64,000 nucleotides of DNA from the human T2T-CHM13v2.0 reference genome, Homo sapiens (GCF_009914755.1 NC_060946.1); one strand, 5' to 3'; shown: positions 13,291-29,195, counted from the stretch's first letter. Notes: generated from the sequence alone by a model not told the origin. Program-made: numbers and translations.

Positions 13291-14568
13291 CTCCAGGGCC
13301 CAGGAGGGGGAAAGCAGAAGGAAGGCCTGGGGCTGCAGCACAGGCAGCGGAACAGGCAGAGGTTCACCCACCTTCAAGCGGGCCTTCTCCCTTACCTGCA
13401 CGTCAACCACCTGTGTGGCAAATTCCTCCGACCCCTAGCCTTAAGACAACAACAAGGAGAGGCGCCCAGCCACAGCACTCAAGGAAACGACTTGCCTAAT
13501 CTCGGAGCGTGTCTGTTTTGTTCAGGAAAATGTGAACCAGCTGTAACATTCTGTCTCTCCAGAGGTGCAGCCACACCGCAACATGGCTAAAGATAGCCCG
13601 GTGATTGTATGCTTGCAGGGAGGCACAGAATTAAGCACAGCCAAGTGGGCGAAGGCAGTCCATGCACCAAGTGACCGTGGCTGTCCAGCCAGCTGTAGAG
13701 TTTCCTCTCACCCAACAAATCAAAGCCCAGGGTGCTCCAGAAGGTAAATGGAGCCCAGCCCCACCAAGAACAGCTCTGTGGGTTGGGAGGGAGGCTTATC
13801 CAGTCCTCTGCCTGGTACCACCTCCTGTCAGACATGCCTCACCTCCTCCACTTAGCGGAGTGGTGTGGCTTTAACAGCCAAGCTTTCTAGAAACAGCTGT
13901 GAAGGTCTGTGCAGATCCATGGGCATGAAGTGGCAATGATCATATGTAAAATCTAAGGAGAGTGGCTTTCAGACGCTCAGAGACCTCACCGAGTCTGAAG
14001 ACAGTCGCCAGCAGATCCCTGATGAAAAGGGAGCTTCCTGTAGGGGACTGCTGTAGGGCCACTGCGGAAGCCCTCTGAGGGAGCCTGGCCTCACACTAGG
14101 CTTCCAGAGTGTCTGAACAGCTATAGATGACAAGCACCTAGAGATGCCCGTGACGCTGCTGGGCAGCACCAGGTGAGCCAGGCCCGCAGTTCAACCAGGG
14201 CAGTCCCAGAGGGCTCCAGCTTGATGGGTGCTGCCCTAAGAGACTTGGGCCAGGCCTGCTCTGCCGAATTCCCAGCTGCACGACCGTCCTCTCTACAGCA
14301 CAGCAGACCCAGCAAGGTCCAAGGTGAAAGCAGATCTCATTGAGTAGCTTCTGCCCTCAGGCCCTTCAGAACACAGGCGATGCTGAACTCACACAACACA
14401 GCCACTGCTACAGAACTACAGTTCACCTCTATGATGGACACATGCTGACAGCAGGAAGAATTCCCAAGCTCTGCAAAGGAACCGAGTGACATTCTTCTGA
14501 TTATTTTTTATTTCCCTGAAATCAACTCCTCTTCCTACTCTTTCTTGGGCCAGAAGAAATTTCTTTGA

Positions 14569-14911
<343 letters not shown>

Positions 14912-17900
14912 TAAAGCAGACAGGCAAAATATCTCCAGTGAAAAAAGTATTGTTGCTCTCGTGAAAAACAAAGGCTTTTTCCTGATGTGAGAAGCCCTCC
15001 TTACTCAAGGTGCCCAAGGCTGAGCTTTACGAATAGATCAGGCGATGTGCAGCCATGGCTCTGCTCCCACCTTTCCCATCTTGTTTGATAGCGTAAACTG
15101 GAGGAAACAAAAGAGCAATAATAGCTTTGCTGTCTGCTGTTTTGGGACCTGTCCCATAGAGAAAACAATCAGTTTGAGCTTTATGCCATGACATCATCAG
15201 CCACCAATCAGCACAGAGAAGGTGGAGCAGGTTTTGTCTGTGAAACCAACCACTGCAATTGTTAAATTGGAAAAGGCAGTGCAGGTGAGAGATGGAGTTT
15301 TTCTTTTACCTTTTTCTACATCAAACTATAGAAGAGAGTGAGAAGCAGAGGACAAAAACCTTTCTATGGAAAAAAACAGGCACCCCAGGGATGCACCTGC
15401 ACTCCTGCCCCTCTCCACCTCCCACCCCTGCCAACACTGACAGTGGAAGCCTCTGTCCCATCTGCCCAGTGCTCCCCGCCAAGGACAGAGTCAGGGCCTT
15501 AGGAAAGCTGTTTTTGGTACCTGAGTGCATGTGTGTGTGTGTTTTCAAACAGGGTTCCACTCCAGTGGAGAGAGAGAAAAAGACTTTGGTTGACATGGAC
15601 ATCAGTTAAAACCTCTATCCAGAAACTAACTAACCAGTGTTTACTTGTGCGTCATAGCTAGAGGTTCTCGGGACTTCATTATTTTCAGCCACTTTCCTCC
15701 CAGAAAACACTGGCCATCTCATGAATGAAGCTGTTTAGCCAAGGTTAGAATATGCAAGGAGAGAGGGGGTGGCAGTAGGAGAGGGCGCAGGGTTCCAGGA
15801 GAGCAGGGGGTGAAGGAGAATGCTCACAGAGCAAATATTGTTTACAACTGCAGAGCCAAGCTAATGTGATCTCCCGCCTGTTCAAGCATATTATTACATT
15901 AAGTCCCGAACAATGAAGTCGGAGGCAGGGAGAGCAGAGCCGACCCAGCCTCCGCTTTGCTAATGGCACAAGGGCAACATTCCATGCAAAGTTTCGGTGT
16001 GCAGGCCTCCTGAGAACCCAGCAGTGCCAGGCAGCAGTGAGCACACGCACCCACTGACGATAGGACTGTGGGGACAGGCAGGTGTCAAGAGAAGGGCACT
16101 ACACCCTTTCACGTGCCGCTCCAGGGGAAAGCAGGTGGGAGAAACCGCATTTTTAACTGAAAATAGGGTACAACTGGACATGTTAAGAGAAGCACAGGCT
16201 GCTGGGTCCTCCAACAGCTATCTGAGGGTGGAGCAGGCCACGGCAGCAGATGGGAGAAGAGGCTGAGGCGGAGCAGGGTTCTCCCCACAGTTCCTGGGGA
16301 CCGCTGTACTATTCACTTCCAGGAACATCACTGCACACCTCTGAGATCATCAAACTTACTAGAAATAATAAATATACTATCAAATGCCACTAAATATGAA
16401 GTTCGCACTCAGGCACTGGGGGACCTTTTTTTTTTTTTTTTCAACAGTATGACCAGGTGTAAAATTAAGATCAAGCCAATAAATATAGGGTCTAATACCT
16501 CAGGCTGGACTCAGTCTATACCTATTAGGGCTGAGTGCTGTCAACTCCAACTCTCCCTGACCCCCAGGAAAAAAGCCTCAAGTCCTCTCTCACACACCAT
16601 TTCAGCCTTTACCTTTCTCCATAAGGAAGCCCCCAATCCCCATATTTCTTTCCCCATTTCAGCCTAGCCGGTGGTGGTGTAAAACGACTGCCAGCCGAGG
16701 GCCTGCGTCTCCTTCACCCTCGTCCACTAATGCACATGAAAATCTAAATTAATAGGGCACCTTGGGCGCTGGCCCAGAGAGAAAGCAGGGTCCTTGGCCA
16801 GCTCCCTGCACACGCGCTGCCAACATCCGCTGTGGGCTCTGAGCACCCCTGCACAGGCCCTGTGGGAGTAGGAGAGGCACCTCAAAGAAAAACAACCCGA
16901 AACAAAGGCACCAGCCAGGAAGACCTTCACCCATTCACATTCCCGGGTGTCCCCAAGTAAAACAGCAGGATTCACATGAGGACCTGGGTTCTTCTCCCTG
17001 AGATGTGGAGAGCAAGGGGTAACACGCGCCCTACTGCCCAGGGAGGGGAGGGGCTCAGTAAAGGCAGCGGGCCCCTCTCCACACAGCCCCCATACGCCCC
17101 AATTCCACCAGGCACCTCCCTCCCCCACCCAGAATGCCTTCCAGTCTAGCCTCCCACATCAAAGACTACAGCCAAAGCTTCTCTTCTGCCCAGAGAGCAG
17201 AGAAAGAAGGGATGAGGGAGAGAAGAGGCTGTATTTAGCAGGAAGACTGAGACAAAAGGGATGAGGTGGGTCACACAGGCCAAGCCCCACAGGAGCATGT
17301 TCACTCGGTGGCGGAAGGGCCATAGAAACTGAAGGGCCCAGCTGCTCTCTCAGCTTACAGGGAGGGGCAGACACAGGCCCAGAGGGATCCGAAAGCAATC
17401 ACCTTATCAAGTTATTCAAAATCCAGATTGAAAGTCAGGACCGGAAATCCTCGCTAGTAACAACAGGGTATTAAGTGGAGGAGAGTGTGGCAAGCAGGTA
17501 CAGATGACAAAGCAGGCAGCATCTCAAGTCCTTGGCTGGGTATTCCTGGGAGTCCCCTGTGGCTGTCTCAGGGAACAGAGACAGGATGCTCTTGACAGTT
17601 TTAACCGGAGCAGCTCTACCTGACCAGGAGGCCAGAGAAGACTGCACTTTCCCTGGCTTCGGGGGTGGGCAGGCACCCCTACTTCCGAAAAGAACAAAAA
17701 GAGAACAAAAGCTGCCTCATACCTTGTGGACCATATCAGAGCAGCCAGCACAGCTTGCATTCTCACACTCTGCCTGCAACCAGGACACCGCCTGTGTGAA
17801 ACAACGACCCACATGTGTATTCACTGCACACACACGGCCCCGGAGAGTTCTTTCATTTAGTGTAGGGAACTAACTTATAAATGGGACACATCTTTGTATG

Positions 17901-18984
17901 TGCAAAAGATCCCTCAGGCGAGCCTCTGTGAGAACACCCACCTGCAGCCCCGGAATGTCTCAGCACATGCGACACTGAGTCATCTTAGCGCCACACACAT
18001 GCAGACAGAGGCACTGCACACACATGTGGACACATCCCCAAAGTACCAGGGGACACAAATCCAAAACCACCAGGTGATTGGGGAAAGTTCCTCTTATGTG
18101 GAAGATAGAGGAAAAGCCAATGGCTAATGTGATGTTTAAGTGAGGGCTGATCTATTTTCCCCTTCTCTGCTCCAAAGCCATTCTACTCCAAGTGTGCACA
18201 TCACAGGAGGACCTGAGGGAGTGGTGGGCAAGTTCCTACAAGCTGCCTATTTTTAACCTCTGGTCTTTCCTGCCCTCTTCCCTGGGGAACACCCCTCCCT
18301 CTGCTCTCCAGCAAAGGGCCCAGCTGAACCACATGATACCCCTGCCAAGCCGGAAGATGGGTGGGGAGGGCCCTGCTATCGCCTCTCCATACTTCAGATT
18401 TCAAAGAGTATGGACTGAGGAATTTGGACAAAAAGTGGGAGGGAAGAAATTGTTTAAATCACAAAGAAAGGAGGAGTGAGACTTCAGAAGAGAAACGCAG
18501 CACATCAAATATCTGCTGTCCATCTAAGATCAGAGCCGGGCTGCAAGGCCACATGGCTGGATTGGCCCCCTCTCCCCACTTCGTTCTCCCAGGCCAGCCT
18601 ACAGCCGCTGCACGCGTTCATCTTGCAGCCTGGGCCCTGCCAGCAAGACTGTGCCCGCCAAGACAGCCTCTACACACCCAGAGGACAGTGGGCCCCCCAG
18701 CATGGCCAAACTGCCAATGAGACAATGTTTTCCCTTCATGAAGAGGTAACTGGGACAAGGAAATCCCTTAAGGAAAGAGGAAAAGACCTCGGTGTCTGCC
18801 TTGCTCCAAACTCCAATTTGCAGTCCAGCTTTCTCTCACCTTCACCGTGTTCTGTGCGCACCACTGAGATAGAATTACCAACATGAACTGAACAGTGAAT
18901 TCTGCTCATTCTGGTTTTGCATCAACCTATCATTGTAAAATCAAAGTATGAAAGAAAAGATGCCTCAATCCCCTCAAGATCAAA

Positions 18985-19281
18985 TTTTTATCTTATTTTT
19001 ATTTGCTCTGTTGTCCAGGCTGGAGTGCAGTGGTGCCATCATAGCTCACTGTTAACCTCCAACTTCTGAGCTCAAGTGATCCTCCCACGTCAGCCTCCCG
19101 AGTAGCTGGGACCACAGGCGATGGTGTGCACCACCACACCCGGCTGATATTTTCTTAAAATTTTTTGTAGAGATGGCATCTTGCTATGTCACCCAGGTGA
19201 AACTTCCTGGGCTCAAGTGATTCTCCCACTTCAGCCTCCCAATGTGCTGGGATTAAAGGTAATGAGCTACTGTATCTGGCC
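18985..19281 (-). mobile_element. AluJ-like SINE
   Basis: Diverged dimer with J-type features. Confidence 0.85.
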
Positions 19282-20051
19282 TAACTTAACAATGCTCATC
19301 TTCAAACCGCTTCAAATACAGTTATGAATTCATCCACACATACCGTGTCTCCTACCAGACAGACATTATGTGTTTAATAGCAAAAGTTTAAAAAAAAAAA
19401 ACCCACAAAACTGCCAGTACAGATCCAGGATACCAACTCTAAGGTACTGGGTTCTCAAGCCTCTGCTCCTGTAAAGCAAGGCACGAGAGCTTGAAAGCTC
19501 CAGAGCTGATCTACCAGATGCCTGTGTCATCCACCTCCCTCCCATCCCTGCCACTGGAAAAGAAATCACACTGCAGTCTGGCAAGTCCCCACTCCCACTG
19601 CCTGCCCTGCTCCGGCGTGGCCTTACTCCCTCCACAGCAATCTGCAAGTGCCCCCGCAGGAGGATGCGCAAGAGCTGGGGAGGATGTTTCCACAGTGCCG
19701 CCACAATCTTGCTGGCTCTCCAGCTGGAATCCCAAGAGCTCCCAGAACGGTCACTTTGGTGGACTCCACCTCTTGGTAGCTTGTTTTGTGCAGCATGGAT
19801 ACCGGGGGGCCATGATGGTGTCCCGAGGCGGGGTGTGCCAAGGTGGCAGTGCTCTCCCTGCCCAGCTCCTGCTCCTCCCCTCCCCAGTCCTCACATACCA
19901 GCTGCAGAGCATTTGACACCAGGCATCCACAAGACACAGACCCTGCTCCTCAGAATCTTGGGCTCATCGTGGAAATCAAGGAACAATACAGGGGAAGACA
20001 GAATATGAGTCTCAGAAAGTTGTCTATTTTGTCCCTTTTAAAAACAAGATT

Positions 20052-20660
<609 letters not shown>

Positions 20661-20739
20661 CAAGATTTCTCAAAGATTAACAAGAATCCAACTAACGTAA
20701 CTGAACACTTAGCTCTGGCTAAGTACATACACCCAGCTA

Positions 20740-20890
20740 CCACTCATGGCCAAACACTGTGACATGATTCACCTGCATTATCTCATTTTATCTTCCGAGC
20801 AACATTATGAGTATAATGTTACCTCACTGTAGAAATCAGGCAACTAAATTAAGGTTCAGGAAGTTCACACACAGTGAGCGACAAAGCAGG
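20740..20890 (-). mobile_element. MIR fragment
   Basis: tgcattatctcatttt...ggttcaggaagttcacacacagtgagcg. Confidence 0.5.
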
Positions 20891-21289
20891 GAGAACTGCT
20901 TTGCTAAGGGTGGGCTGCTTCCAACACCTGTGCCCCTCCCCAAACGGTGCCTTACCTGGTGGATTCAAATGTATTAACTATGCCCTCTCTTACTTTTTCT
21001 TGCCCTCTGTCATAAACTTTTATAAGCGTGCATGCCACATCTCTCCTGCAATTCCCTATATGATCCGACAAGTTTTCAAATAAATGGGGACTGTCAGTCA
21101 ATCTCAAATACCGTAGTGCCTGCTCAATGCCAAGGATGCGTCAGGTGCTACAAAGGGGTCCAAACAAAAGACGGATCTGTAAAGCAGAGGACGAAACAGC
21201 CAGGTAGTGACCCCTAATAAAACATGATAAGGACAACACACGATGCAGGGGCAGATACTCCCTGTGTGCACACAAAGCAACTGGGGAGC

Positions 21290-21400
21290 CTGGCACAATG
21301 CGAATCTGGGTCCAGCAGGCCTGGGTAGGGCCAGAGATGCTGTGCTTCTAACAAGCTCCTGGGCCAAGCCCATGCTGCTGACCAACAGGAGCTAAAGTGC
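21290..21400. mobile_element. MER5-like fragment
   Basis: cagcaggcctgggtagggccagagatgctgtgcttctaacaagctcc. Confidence 0.55.
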
Positions 21401-21468
21401 TTCCAGAGACTCCCTGGGGTGGTCTAGAAAGGGAGAGATGTGATCAGAAACAGCCTGTAGAGGACTAA

Positions 21469-22066
<598 letters not shown>

Positions 22067-22386
22067 AGCTGTCCATTTTAAAACACATAACAGCACTCCT
22101 AAACTGCACCACTCGGTTGCCAGGACTTACAGGACAACTCCCTTTGAAGAGAGTCTTACTGACTGGCTTGAGAATGAGTTCGGGGGAGGGAACGACTGCT
22201 GTTGCTGATCTGAAGAAGAGTCACACTCACGACAGATGTCTTGCGGAGGGCAGACCCACCAACGCCCCTACTTGGAAAGACTCAGAGGCTAAAGCCATGA
22301 ACTCTGGCACACCACAGCCTCTCGCCAAAGAATGCTTCATGAGACATTTTTAAATACCCACCATCCCATAAAGAACAGGAAAGGAA

Positions 22387-22432
22387 ATCCCACTGTCAGC
22401 CCCACCCTGATCCCACTGTCAGCCCCACCCTG
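22387..22432. repeat. Perfect 23-bp tandem duplication
   Basis: atcccactgtcagccccaccctg x2. Confidence 0.95.
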
Positions 22433-22669
22433 GGCCAGTCTCCTACCACGGGTCTTCCGGGAGAAGGGCCAAAGCACTGCTCTCTCCAACTGGGCATCTG
22501 GTGATGTGGCCTGGCTTCCTGGCTGGGCCACTTCCTCCACTGTCTCAAAGTGGCACTGCCCTTACTCAACAAGTTCCTCCACAGCCAGAAATGAATGCCC
22601 AGACTGTAAGGAAAGGTCACCCGCAACCCTGCAGTGTGCCCACTGTGAATAGGCAGGTTGGTACAGCCG

Positions 22670-22860
22670 GGAGCACTGGATTAGGATCAGGAGACAGGGA
22701 TGTGGACCCGGGGTCCGTCATTCAGTGAGCCACACAACCTCTCCACGTCCATCTTCATGCTTACAAAATGCAAACTATGACCCAAGCTCCATCTACCTTA
22801 CTATTGTCGGTGAAATTCAGCAATGGAAAGTACTTCACACACTGGCAAGTATCATAAAGG
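22670..22860 (+). mobile_element. MIR fragment
   Basis: agcactggattaggatcaggagac...aaagtacttcacacactggc. Confidence 0.5.
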
Positions 22861-23125
22861 GTCTGAGAGATAAGAGCCCCTGTGTGACGCATGACACACT
22901 CTGCTGCTGTTCGGATCTAGTATTCATTATCCCTGCTTCGCCAAAGGGAAAACTCAGGGCACAGAGAACAAACATGACCTTGTTCAGGTCAAACACCAAA
23001 TCCATGACTGCTGAGGAATAAAATGACTGCTCAGGGTTGCCATGAAATCAAACAGTCTTCCATTATGGAATAACTAGAGAATTATCTATTAACTACTTGC
23101 CTCTAGAAAACCAGTGTTTAAAATT

Positions 23126-23436
<311 letters not shown>

Positions 23437-23961
23437 TAAAAGTGCCCCACAAGAGCCAAATCACTTAGAACTCAAGGGCTGCTATGTGATGCATGAACAC
23501 CCAGGGTGGAATGAACTGCAAGGATGGGAACGGGACTGCAGCACTGGCTCCATGCTTACTGGACCACCCATCCTGGGAAAGGATTTGGTTTCCTTTTCTG
23601 TACAAAGACAGGACTGGACTAAGTGATTCAACCCTTTGTTAGCAGCCTATCCCTAACACCTAGAACAAGTAAGCACTGTTCTAAGTAGGGGCAGGTGCCC
23701 CCAACCTCCCCATCACCCCACTCTCCTCGCCAGACCCCTCCAACACAACCTTGTGTTTTCATTTCCTTGAGAAACCTCCAAGGAAATCCGCAGCATCCAG
23801 CCCACGGGCCTGTGTGTGGCATCTCAGTAGCCTGGCTCCACCCCACCCTGCTCTCCCAGCCTCACCCTCGCTACAGGCCTGGAGTTGAGGAGGCCGAACT
23901 AAGTCAACCTGGGTCCACCATGTGGGGAGAAGTGGAAACAGAAAGAGAGAAGAGGCTCAGG

Positions 23962-24070
23962 AAGCAGCCAATCACACACTATAAAACACAAAGCAGCCAA
24001 CCAAAAGCTATAAAACAAACACCAAGCAGCCAATCACGCGCTATAAAATACCAAGCAGCTAATCATAAGC
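23962..24070 (+). repeat. ~30-bp tandem array (3.5 units) of aagcagCCAATca-N5-TATAAAA
   Basis: Units start at 23962, 23991, 24024 and 24053; CCAAT at 23968 and 24030; TATAAAA at 23980, 24009 and 24042. Confidence 0.85.
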
Positions 24071-24204
24071 CATCTGAGCTCCCAAGGCCTGCTGCCAAGG
24101 CAGGGGGTGGAGAGGTCCACACAGGCGGGGCGTCAGAGAGGCCACTGAGTGCAACCCAGGTGCCAGTTCTGCAGGATCTGCCTGATGAGGAAAAGGCTGG
24201 TCTA

Positions 24205-24410
24205 TGCATGAGGTACTGGAAAGAACACTGGGACTTGGAGCCTCGGTTCGATCCCAGCTCTGTCCATGTGGCTCTGGGGGAGTTCTTAACCTCTCTGTTT
24301 CCTTTTCGGGCAAAAGAAGACAACACCCACCTCAGAGCACGGTTGTAACATATGTAAAATGCCTTTTACCGCGCCTGACTCGGAGCAGCTATCCAACAAA
24401 GGCTGGAGAC
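24205..24410 (+). mobile_element. MIR fragment
   Basis: ggaaagaacactgggacttggagcctcggttcgatcccagctctg...ttcttaacctctctgtttcc. Confidence 0.65.
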
Positions 24411-25078
24411 GACCACAACAGCAACTCTGCCTCCCATCCCTGACATCGGGAAAGTGACGGCAACTTCAACCAAAATCCTCTGCCCAGCAGGGCTCAGGAG
24501 CATAAGGTGTGCACAGCCACTCCAGCCCTGCACACGCAGTTTGCAGCGGGAAGCACTCCCATATCTTTCCTCGATCAGAGTGAGGCATCTCTCTCTAGGT
24601 CCCTGAATCTGATCTGAAAGCAGACAGTAACATTCAGCCAAGCTTTCTTTACCTGTAGGGCCTGAACCAGACTCCATAGGAAAAATAATAAATTACCCCA
24701 CTAAAATAAATTGAACACAAGAACCTCTCTGAAACCAGTCCTAAGGTCAGCTCCCAGCTAATGGATGATCGCACGCCCTTTACTCCTTCCCACCTCTGAA
24801 ACAACTTCCGGGCAGTGGGGGTGGGCAATGCAATTTGATGTGAGCCAGGAGAACCCTTCCCTGGGAAGATGGGACACGATCTGTACAGAAAGGTCATGTT
24901 AAGGCCTGGGGGAATGTCCAAGCCCCCTAGAAGGTACTCTACCTTGGCTGTCCTGCTGTCTGGACATGATCTCTCTGGGACATGGGGGCTATAGGGGACA
25001 TCAGGGCGGGGGACATCAATACCCCAAGGTCCAACAGACAAGAAACTCCTTGCTCTAGTGTTTGAGAAAAGGAAGACT

Positions 25079-25410
<332 letters not shown>

Positions 25411-25595
25411 TCAAGAAAAGAAACGGCATTCTGGGGAAGCAGTGTGACATTTATATGAAATATATGAGGTGAGAGAGATGTAATACGGGAAACTATGAAA
25501 GAAGGTGGGAAACTCCCCCTGCTAGAATAGAGGTTCCACGAGTATAGAAACTTTTATTGTCTGGCTTACTGTTATCATCCTTAGCACCTAGAACC

Positions 25596-26040
25596 TGTTA
25601 AAGAAAAAATTATTTGGTGCTACTTACGAGAATACAGTAAGGAAGCACCACTATGATAGGTGCAGGGACCATCGCATTGGGGACTTGTAGTGGGGGACAG
25701 AGATCAGGTTCAACTCCTAACACTGCATGGACAAGTGGGAATTCAGAGCCAAGGAGCAGGTGGGGTCAGTGCATGAAAAATCACCAAGAGGAACATCAGG
25801 GGGAAGGAGATTCTGGCTCAGCCAACCTAACAGGATTCTTGCTGAAGACGGGCCAGGGTGATCAGACATCACCTGGGGCATGGGGAGGGTAGGGAATGGA
25901 TCAGATATAGAAAATGAGGGTTTCTGGCTAAACCAACTCAGCAATGTTCTTTGCTAAAACTGGATTTTCCAAGGAAGTACATAGATGGGCCTAGCAAAAG
26001 ATTCAAAAGGCTGGCTAATGTTTGGCCAGGCAAACGTTAA
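25596..26040 (-). mobile_element. ERV1 solo LTR (MER31-like) inserted in an L2 fragment
   Basis: tgttaaagaaaaaattat...cagtaaggaag...gggaccatcgc...ggattcttgctgaag...tgctaaaactggatttt; L2-like sequence on both sides. Confidence 0.7.
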
Positions 26041-26158
26041 ACCATGCCTGGAACACCATGGACACTCCAACACTTGATGAACAAACAGAGCAGCAGAATC
26101 TCAGTGTGGTTAAGGGCAGAGGCAAGTGAGTCAAACAAACTGGATTCAAGTCTTTTCC

Positions 26159-26431
26159 TTTTTTTTTTTTTTGAGACGGAATCTCGCTCTGTCGCCCAGG
26201 CTGGAGTGTAGTGGTGCGATCTCAGCTCACAGCAACCTCGCCCTCCCGGGTTCAAGCAATTTCTGGGATTACAGGCGGACACCACCACGCCCAGCTAATT
26301 TTTGTATTTTTAGTAGAGACGCTGTTTCACCATGTTGGCTAGGCTGGTCTCAAACTCCTGACCTCAAGTGATCCTCCCACCTCGGCCTCGCAAAATGCTG
26401 GGATTACAGGCGTGAGCCACTGCACCCAGCT
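26159..26431 (-). mobile_element. AluSx-like SINE with a small internal deletion, inserted in a MIR (26090-26600)
   Basis: caagcaatttctgggattac lacks ~20 bp; TSD ttcaagtctttt; MIR core resumes at 26448. Confidence 0.85.
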
Positions 26432-27799
26432 TCAAGTCTTTTTTTAACTACTTACTAGCTGTGTGACTTTAATCAAGTTATTCAGCCTCTCTGATACTTA
26501 ATACCCATATAGCAGGATTCTTGTTAAGGATTAAATGACAATGCATTTAGCCACTGAGAATGTCCAGCACACAGCAAGCTCTCAGTAAATGGTGGCTATT
26601 CACTGTGATCACCTCCTTTCTCCTGCTTCACTCCTTCAAAATCTCCCTGGTTTAGGGTAGAAGAGGAAAGCAGGCACCATAAAGAATGCAAGGATCTGTC
26701 CAGGAGAGACACTGCAGCCTGTTCCATCCTAACCCTCCACAACAGGTGTGTGTCTGCCCTGCCCCAACACCCGCTCTTACCCATCTGTTCCAGTAAAATC
26801 CATGCTCCTCCATCCCACTCTCCACAGGGAACCTTCCTCATGTCCTCCCCCTCAGGAGGGGACGTAGCTATCAGTAGGCTGAGGAATGGGCCGTACTTAG
26901 CCAAGGCCTTGGAGGAAGCTGTGTGTGGCAGGGGAAGCAGACTGCATCCAGAGAGCGCCCTGGCTGAGAACCACTGAAAAGCCAAGAGATGCCTACACTC
27001 ACTCACACACTTATTCCCACCTTCCAACATCCCATAATATCCTCATTTAATTCTTACAAATTAACACTTTCTCAAGCCGATCCTTGGAGCAGCATTTTCT
27101 AAGATGAACCCCACATTTCTTCTACCAGCTGCATTTGCTATGCACCTCAATATGTCAGTGACAATTTCCTGGACAACTTCCAGCCTAGAGTGGGAGGTGG
27201 GAATAGATCTCATGCCTGAAAAGCCCCAGCCAGCATCACAGAACTGCTGAGGATTGGACCGGGAAAAGATCTGAGAGATCTCCCACTCCCCACTCAGCTG
27301 CATGTTTGCTCCAGCTTTCCTAAGGACTTGAATCCACAGAGATTTTAGGAATTTCAGATTTTTAGTCATAAACCAAAATCTTCGACCATTAAACGGTGTT
27401 TATGAATGTTTATGAGCACAAGGGAAGAAAATGTCCAGGAAGAGGGGCTCCTGAGAGAGTGTCCTCTGAAATTCCTGGTCTTATAGGAGAGGCAGCTGCA
27501 GAAGGGAGCTGCAGAGGGCACACACATGCCTGTGTCAGCGTCTCATGCCGACATCCACACTGGCTGAATCCAACATGTTCAAGGGTGCTGCATGCTCATC
27601 CAGAGCCCACTCCTCCGGGGCCCCACAGTGCTAAGCCATGGGGCTAGAAGGGCCACATGTCAAGATCACAACTTCCAAACAGACAGTTTCAGAAAGGGGA
27701 TGGGGAGAAGAGCCCAGAAACACAGAGGCAGCAACCTCCCAGGTATGCCAAGCTTTGCACTGACACTGCTATGGTACCTACAGAAATCCATGCACTACC

Positions 27800-28154
<355 letters not shown>

Positions 28155-28299
28155 TTACGTGCATACAGGGCAGGAAGAAGTGGACTCACATGAAGCAGAA
28201 GGTGCTCACGTGAGAGACACTACAGAGACGAAGTCAGACGCCAACTGGAGAAAGATTTCCTTCTTAGTAACAGTACCCCAATCTTACTAGAGCCAGTGA

Positions 28300-28811
28300 T
28301 GCACTCACTTACAAAACCGCATTTCTCAAACTTCCTTGAAGCTAGCTGTGACCATGTTTTCCAGGTTCTGGTTAATGAGATATAAGCAGAAGTGTGTGGG
28401 TCTTCCTGAAAGACTCCTTTAAAGGAGTCTCTCACATAGAAAAACATTTTGCCTTTCTTTACATTTCCTCCCTTTGGTGTTCTACCCAGAAAGAAAAGAA
28501 AGATGGCTGGAGCTCCGGCAGCCATGCTTTGTTATGAGGTAACCTTAAGGATGAGAAAGCTACGTGCCAGGGTAGTGGAGTTAGGTCAAATTGAACTCTT
28601 ACCTGTCAATCCATAGAGTGGGCCACACAATCACCAGGCTTTAGCTGGCAAGTCCAGGTAGAAGGAATGAGACAAAATCCTGATGGCCATGCAGCTGGCT
28701 ACACTGGCTCTGGGCTTCCCATCTCTAGGGTCCTTTTACATAAAAAGAAAATCTTCTTTCATGCTAAGCCACATTTTGCAATTTCCGACTGAAACTAATC
28801 TCATCTGATAC
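28300..28811 (+). mobile_element. ERVL solo LTR (LTR33/LTR16-like)
   Basis: gctagctgtgaccatgt...gttctggttaatgagatataagcagaagtg; gatggctggagctccggcagccat; ends ctaatctcatctgataca. Confidence 0.65.
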
Positions 28812-28844
28812 AAAAATGTGAATAGAAAGCCTTCTTTACTGAGA

Positions 28845-29195
28845 GCCTGGGCTCGATGGCTCACGCCTATAATCCCAGCACTTTGGGAGGGAGGATCACT
28901 TGAGGCCAGGAATTCTAGACCAGTCTGGGCAACATGGCAAAATCCCATCTCTACTAAAAATACAAAACATTAGCTGGGCATGGTCGCGTGCGCCTGTAAT
29001 CCCAGCTACTCAGGAGGCTGAGGCAGGAGAATCGCTTGAACCAGGAAGCAGAGGTTGCAGTGAGCTGAGATCAAGCCACTGCACTCCAACCTGGGCGACA
29101 AGAGTGAAACTATGTCAAAAAAAAAAAAAAAAAGAGAGAGAAAGAAAACGAGAGAGAGAGAGAGAGAGAGAATGAAAGAACGAAAGAAAGAAACT
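28845..29195 (+). mobile_element. AluS-like SINE with a (GA)n/(GAAA)n tail
   Basis: Dimer, poly-A 29117-29132, then a GA microsatellite. Confidence 0.88.

Noticed and set aside
23695-24348. 217-aa ORF on +
   Set aside because: Non-ATG start, runs through a tandem array and a MIR, and has no recognisable domain.
24653-24677. - strand ATG GAG TCT GGT TCA GGC CCT ACA G|GTAAAG resembling a first coding exon
   Set aside because: Only 25 nt, no clear acceptor or promoter on -, and the peptide is unrecognised; the donor alone is not enough.
28598-28680. - strand donor CAG|GTAAGA with a 42-nt candidate exon
   Set aside because: Inside an LTR relic, with stops in all three frames.
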